From Eutreptiella sp. 'Long Island Sound 2002' (lineage: Eukaryota; Protista; Euglenida): 64,000 nucleotides of DNA. Position 1 is the stretch's first letter. The number at the start of each line of letters is the position of its first letter. Positions 59,101 to 64,000 of the stretch are shown piece by piece. The position numbers and the translations under genes are program-made. The stretch is from NCBI GenBank assembly GCA_964036045.1, contig OZ038378.1, forward strand, positions 190,154,001 to 190,218,000. Direction: 5' to 3'. Below the pieces are notes generated by a model that worked only from the letters and a program-made list of their open reading frames with translations, ran no database searches and had not been told where the DNA came from.

Positions 59101-62092
59101 CCCTTGCCAAACCCAAGTTATGAGCCAAAAACTCACCGGTGGCGCCCCAGAGCACTGGTGCGAAGTTGGGAGGTGCTCTCCCAAGCTGCGCATTTTCCTG
59201 CCCCAAAACAGCCCTTTTTGGCCCAAAACAGCCCTGAAACCCGTTCAAAATGGCCAAACCAAGGGAAATTGGTGGCTTACACTCCATGTGCACCTTGACT
59301 TCCCCGTCACAAAGAGCCCTTTGTTGCCCTCTAACTCCCTGATATGTCCGAGAAATGGCAAAAAAAAGGCCAAAAATGGCATAGAATGTGCAGTTTGTGT
59401 CAAACAGCCCTGAAACCAAGAACGGGCCATATCTTGGGCTACGTGGCTCAAATCCAAATTCCGAGGGCACCTAATCCGTCCGGAACCCCACACTTTTTGT
59501 GGATTCCAAGCCTTAGAATTGCCCAACGAGACAGCTAGATGCCCGTACCAATGGTCACTTGGTGGTGCTAGAGGGTTAGCCTGGGCCGTGCACGGTGGGG
59601 GCGAACGTCGAGTCCAGCAGGGTCCCCGGGGCGAAAAAAAGATTTTTCCAAAGTTGTTCCTAGACCACTTGGGATACTCAAACAAGTGTTTTTAGCCCGC
59701 TTTGAGCCCCTGGTGACATGTTTTGGCCCTTGGAAAGTCCCAAAGTGCCTTTAAAATGGGCTGTTTTGGGACCAAAGATGGGTCAAAAATGGGTCAAAAA
59801 CGTATTTTTCCAAAAGCAATTGTGGGCCATTTGCAGTGCATAAACAAGTGAAATGAGCCCATTTTGAGCCCGGTTTGAGCCATTTTGGCCCCTCTGAGGT
59901 CCCAAAAAGCCTTGAAAATGGGCCATTTTGTGAACAAAAGCGCGTCAAAAATGGGTCAAAAATGAGTTTTCCCAAAAATGATGTCGGACCATTGGGGTTG
60001 GGGTGCTCAAACGGGACAACAGCGCCCATTTTGAGCCCATTTTGAGCCAGTTTAGCCTATCTAGCCACTTGAATGCACCAAGTCAGGGGTTGCCATAAGG
60101 ACGCTCAGCCTTTTTTTTTTTTTTACTATGGCAGCCACTCTCTGACAATTGAACCTCAGCAGATCCTGGCATAGCTTAGTTGGTAGTAGCACTAGGCTGT
60201 CACTTGAGGGGACCTGGGTTCAAACCCAGCTGCCTGCAATAATTTTACCTTCGCTTTTTTGGTCTTTTTTATGTCCCCATGTTACTTACCCCCAGCGGTT
60301 ACCCACCAACCGCCGTCGGTCACCCACCAACCGCCGTCGGTTACCCACCAACCGCCAGCGGTTACCCACCAACTGCCATCGGTTACCCACCAACCGCCAT
60401 TGTAGGGCGTATTGGACACTCAGAGTTTTTATTTTTATTTTATGGCAACCCCTGCACCAGTTGTACACTTCGCACGAGGGGGCACCTACATCCCACTGTA
60501 CCATTTTTTGAGCCAACCAAACGCTATTTTGGGGCTTTCGGATGGAATTTTGGCCTCTCTACATATGGCCTTGGATCATGTATCTGCCGTGTGTTTACCA
60601 CCTCCCACAGTTGCAGCGCAAGGATACGGAAAACATGTGGGAACACTTGTTCCACCAGAATTACTATATAGGCGGTTGGGATTTGGCCTGTGCCATTGGT
60701 GGTGCAAGGATCATGCCACCTGTGTATAAGGGAAGAGGGTTAGGGTACTGTGTAGCACACCACTACTGAATTGGGTCAGGGTAGTTGTGTGGTGCATATT
60801 ACCCAACCCTATTCCCTTGAATGCTTGGAGTGGGGTTCGGGTAGTTGTGTGCTACATGATACCCCCAGTCCTTGGGAAGAGGGTTAGGGTACTATGTAAC
60901 ACACAACTAGGTTAGTGTTATTCACATTTACCCTAAGTCCATTCCATTTGATAAATGGAAGAGAGTTCAAGTGTTATGTGCCATAGCAATACCAAATGGG
61001 ATTAGGGTATTTGTGTGCTACATAGTACCCTAATCCTGGTCCTTTTGATGATGAAAATAGGGCTCGGGTATTTGTGTGCTGCATCATACCCGAACCCTAG
61101 TCTCTTTATGATGGGAACAGCATTAGGGAACTATGTGCCATACAACTACCCTACTCGCATCCCCGTCATTAAAAGGAATAGGGAACTCCACCCAGTAGTC
61201 GGGGTGGGGGTGGGGGGCAAAAATCATACTATGGCCCTCTACATGCATCCTCTACTCGACACCCCTCCCCCCATCCCCACGGGGCGCAGCTGGGCCACTG
61301 GTGCCCAACGTCAAAGACCGTGCCAGTCGTTATACAATTCTACTAGCACGGCCCTATGTCTTGCAGGCCCGGTACAAGACCTGCCTTGACCCTACGACAG
61401 ATGATGTGAAGCGCATGGCGGTCAACCTTCGGCGAACCGCTCGGGTATGGAACGGCGGGCGTGCAAGGGGCCAGGGCGCTTTCGAACGAAAGACAATTTC
61501 ATGAAGACCCACCCCCCAGATCAATGGTGGTACACGTCAACCCCCCAAAGCAAAAAGTTGGGGCAACGCCGCCCCAGAGCCTGTGCAGCGCAAACTGCCA
61601 CAGCAGCGGCCTCAGCGGTATGCGTCTACACTAAAACCCACACACAACCAGGCAGTTCCTAAAGGGGGAGATCGTCACAGTGGCAGCATGAGAGGGCTCC
61701 CTACCTCCCGCATTTTTTGAACCCGCCCTCTTCACCCCCAACCCAATGGGTGGACAACCAACCTACTTATCCACGAGTGGAGGATTCCCTCCTCAAAAGG
61801 CGAGCAAGTCCCGGAAGTACCAACCGGCACACTCCCTGAGCCTGTATGCCGCGCGCACACACACACGCACACCCTGCAGACCTCCCTGGGTAAAGTGTCG
61901 CTGGCGTATGCCGTACCGTACTCTCGTAGTGGTGATGGTGTATGGCATGGTAGATCCCCTCTGCTTTTGCGTATCCCCCACGCCCCCATCCCGTCCTCCA
62001 CCTGTGCCCAGGACGAGCGCATTTTGTTGCACTACAATGGCCACGGTTGTCCAAGACCAACCTCCAACGGAGAGATCTGGGTTTTCAACAAG
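53157..62092 (+). CDS. RPTOR: Regulatory-associated protein of TOR (Raptor/KOG1), 5' part; the gene continues beyond the window
   Basis: Exons 53157-53330, 55036-55138, 58528-58619, 61367-61444, 62012-62092, all GT-AG and phase-matched. They give SWRVKDK|[34 protein letters not shown]|DP...[11 protein letters not shown]|[26 protein letters not shown]|[27 protein letters not shown], the Raptor N-terminal caspase-like domain. Confidence 0.96.
56690..58430. repeat. Nested local duplications and degenerate A/T-run repeats in RAPTOR intron 2
   Basis: GGCTCTGGGATGG at ~56744 and ~56980; TTATGCAGGCGCATCACTCTCCTCTGCTTTGC at ~57476 and ~58253; TTTTTCCAACAAAA-type repeats at 57120-57340 and 57900-58190. 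Confidence 0.75.
60293..60397. repeat. 21-bp tandem repeat, 5 copies
   Basis: C(G/A)(T/G)CGGTTACCCACCAACCGC-type unit; related AACCGCC motifs at ~41375-41400. Confidence 0.92.
60730..61190. repeat. Degenerate minisatellite built on GGGTTAGGGTA...TGTG motifs
   Basis: Recurring GGG(T/C)T(A/C)GGGTA(C/G/T)T(G/A/T)TGTG units, often followed by TACCC; GGAAGAGGGTTAGGGTACT is exactly duplicated at ~60731 and ~60875. Confidence 0.6.
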
Positions 62093-64000
62093 GTACGCCT
62101 CCGTAGCTGGGGTGTGTGTGTGGGGAGGGGGGCCGTATTGGGGTCGTGGAGCGCTTGTCACAGTCTGTCACAGTATTGTCCCCTCACACTGGCATGACTA
62201 CATGTGGGGGGGGGGGGCGTTGTGAGGTCTGAATGGGTCGCGGTTGATTCAGGATGGTCCTCTGGGGAGGGGGGGGTCAGTTGCAAACTGCTGTTACCTT
62301 CTTTCACCCGCAATCAGGTTATACCGCACTCGCTTCACAGACCTGATGGCGTACGGGGGGGGGGGGGGGCAGGGAAAAATTTCGGGGGGGGGGGGAATTT
62401 CGTTTTTCAGATTGGTGCCGAAATCCCCCCCCCCCCCCGAAATGTTGTTGCGCAATCTGGGCCATTTCTTGCTCCCTGGGTCGGCAGCTAACAGTTTTCT
62501 TCTGCAGGGAGGTACTGGTGCCCGTGTATTGCATGTCAGGATCAGTCTATACGCTGGTGTGCGCCCCGAAACATTTTTCTTGTGTATCCTGCGTATCCCA
62601 AAGAATGATTTTGTGTACCCAGTGTGTATCCCACAAGCTGCCTTTGTGTATCAGCTGTGTATCCCAAGGACTGAGTTACCCGCAACTGTACACAAGGCAC
62701 CCAAATTTGGGGGTGCCGACATTCTCCCCACCCGACAGTTTCTCCGCCGAAATCCCCCCTCCCCCCCCGGAAAGCCCCTCCTGTAAGGCGCCTGGGGTTG
62801 TCTTTCGGCCCTTGAAAAGCGTTCCCCTCATTCTTGTGGCCTTGTGCTGCTTGTGGTGCCGACAGTGCCACCACCACCACGCACGTGACAGTCCACGCCT
62901 CACCATGTGGGGTGTCAGGCACGATGCGCGCACCGTGCGCACGTTCCGGTTGTGCAACACATGGGCCAAGACAATGATATGTTGGGTTCCCCGCCAAAGA
63001 AGCACCGCATCCGAAAAAGGCTCCAGGCAACCCCCTGCACAACGTGCTGTAGCATAGTGACGGCACACTCCATAAGCCTCCGGGGGACAGCCTCGTGAGA
63101 GGCACTGAAGGGAGGCCGTGGGTCCACAACCTCTCGTACGGTGCGTGCGCGGTGTCAGAAACTCTTGGCTGGCAGCCACAGCCCTGCCCTGCTCTGTCCG
63201 CTCTACATTGTGACCGCTCTCTTGATACCGCCACTCAACCCCCAGAAACCCCATGGCCAAACCCCCAGCACCGACTGAGCATTCGGCCACGATCCCTGTG
63301 ACGAGTCCCCTTCCCCACACAAAGTCTGCCATTGAATTCCCGGATCCCCCAGAGGTGGTCTTAGTCACCCGCTCCTCGTGCAGCATGTAGCCTCTCTTTG
63401 TGCCCGGGTGCCTGCTGCTGTCATGGTCTTCTCCGTCAGGGAGAGGAAGGCTGGCATGCCTTCCCATCAGGAACGGTGACAGATGATGGGTGGCATGATG
63501 GTGTAGCCTCGTCTGCCAACGCGCTCCCACTCGCATTGACTAATTTGCCGACTAGAAACATTTCATGGGAACATTTCATCGATGAGAAATGTGGTGCCGT
63601 TCTCCCCTGGCGAAATTTCGGGGCTTGTTGGGCCCAATTTGTGTGGTAGGAATATTTTGTTTTGGGCTGCACCCCCCCACCCCCTCTCAAGGTCCAATGG
63701 AAAGATCCTCAGGGCACACATGAGATTTGGTACCAAAAAAAAGTCTGTGCTATTGTTGGAGCACGTACCTCTAAGGTCTCAGACCCCCCCCCCCCGCATG
63801 AGCGCCAAGCAAAAACAGAGTGCGTGGTCGGAGAGAGGGACCTACTGGGGGCGAATCATTGGGGAGTATACATGGGAGGTTGCTGGTTGGGGCGGGTGCA
63901 CACACACCCAAATCACGTGCCACTGCTCTCAGCACAAGATGTCTGTTCCACAAACACGCTGGGGATACTCTTGAGGCCTATCCCCAGAGGGAAGGGCACC

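Noticed and set aside
60478-60510. [10 protein letters not shown] as the next Raptor exon (expected YTQYIPLS..DL)
   Set aside because: It lies upstream of exons 4 and 5 (wrong order) and has no suitable acceptor. The true exon 6 was not found in the window.
15556-62092. Euglenid-type non-conventional (non GT-AG, stem-forming) introns
   Set aside because: All 17 reconstructed introns fit GT-AG (16) or GC-AG (1); none needed non-canonical ends.

Overview
Eukaryotic, intron-rich, repeat-rich genomic DNA. Pyrimidine-tract/AG sites 10-22 nt upstream of each start codon suggest spliced-leader trans-splicing and a euglenozoan (euglenid-like) source; this is inference only. Positions 1-10.5 kb hold a minus-strand tandem LTR-retrotransposon array, read right to left as LTR-B (1.8 kb), disabled gag copy, LTR-A (1.8 kb), PBS, a ~1035-codon gag, and a UAG followed by an open in-frame putative pol that runs off the window. 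The Gag looks unusual: coiled coil, Ty3-like capsid motifs, an RRM-like fold inside the capsid C-terminal part, and a CX2CX8HX4C knuckle. Three host genes were reconstructed on the + strand with phase-consistent splice sites: SLU7 (11 exons, 550 aa, 15556-28850), an RRM + RS/RD-repeat SR-like protein (4 exons, one GC-AG intron, 40652-49116), and the first five exons of RAPTOR (53157-62092, continuing beyond the window). A weaker candidate multi-exon gene lies at about 29.5-36.6 kb. Introns and intergenic DNA carry MITEs with TIRs and TSDs, LINE 3' fragments bounded by (TGTGG)n arrays, a recurring composite of a 47-bp hairpin VNTR plus LINE 3' end, and many micro- and minisatellites. No rRNA, tRNA or CRISPR array was supported. 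All protein-family calls are motif recognition by eye, not database searches.
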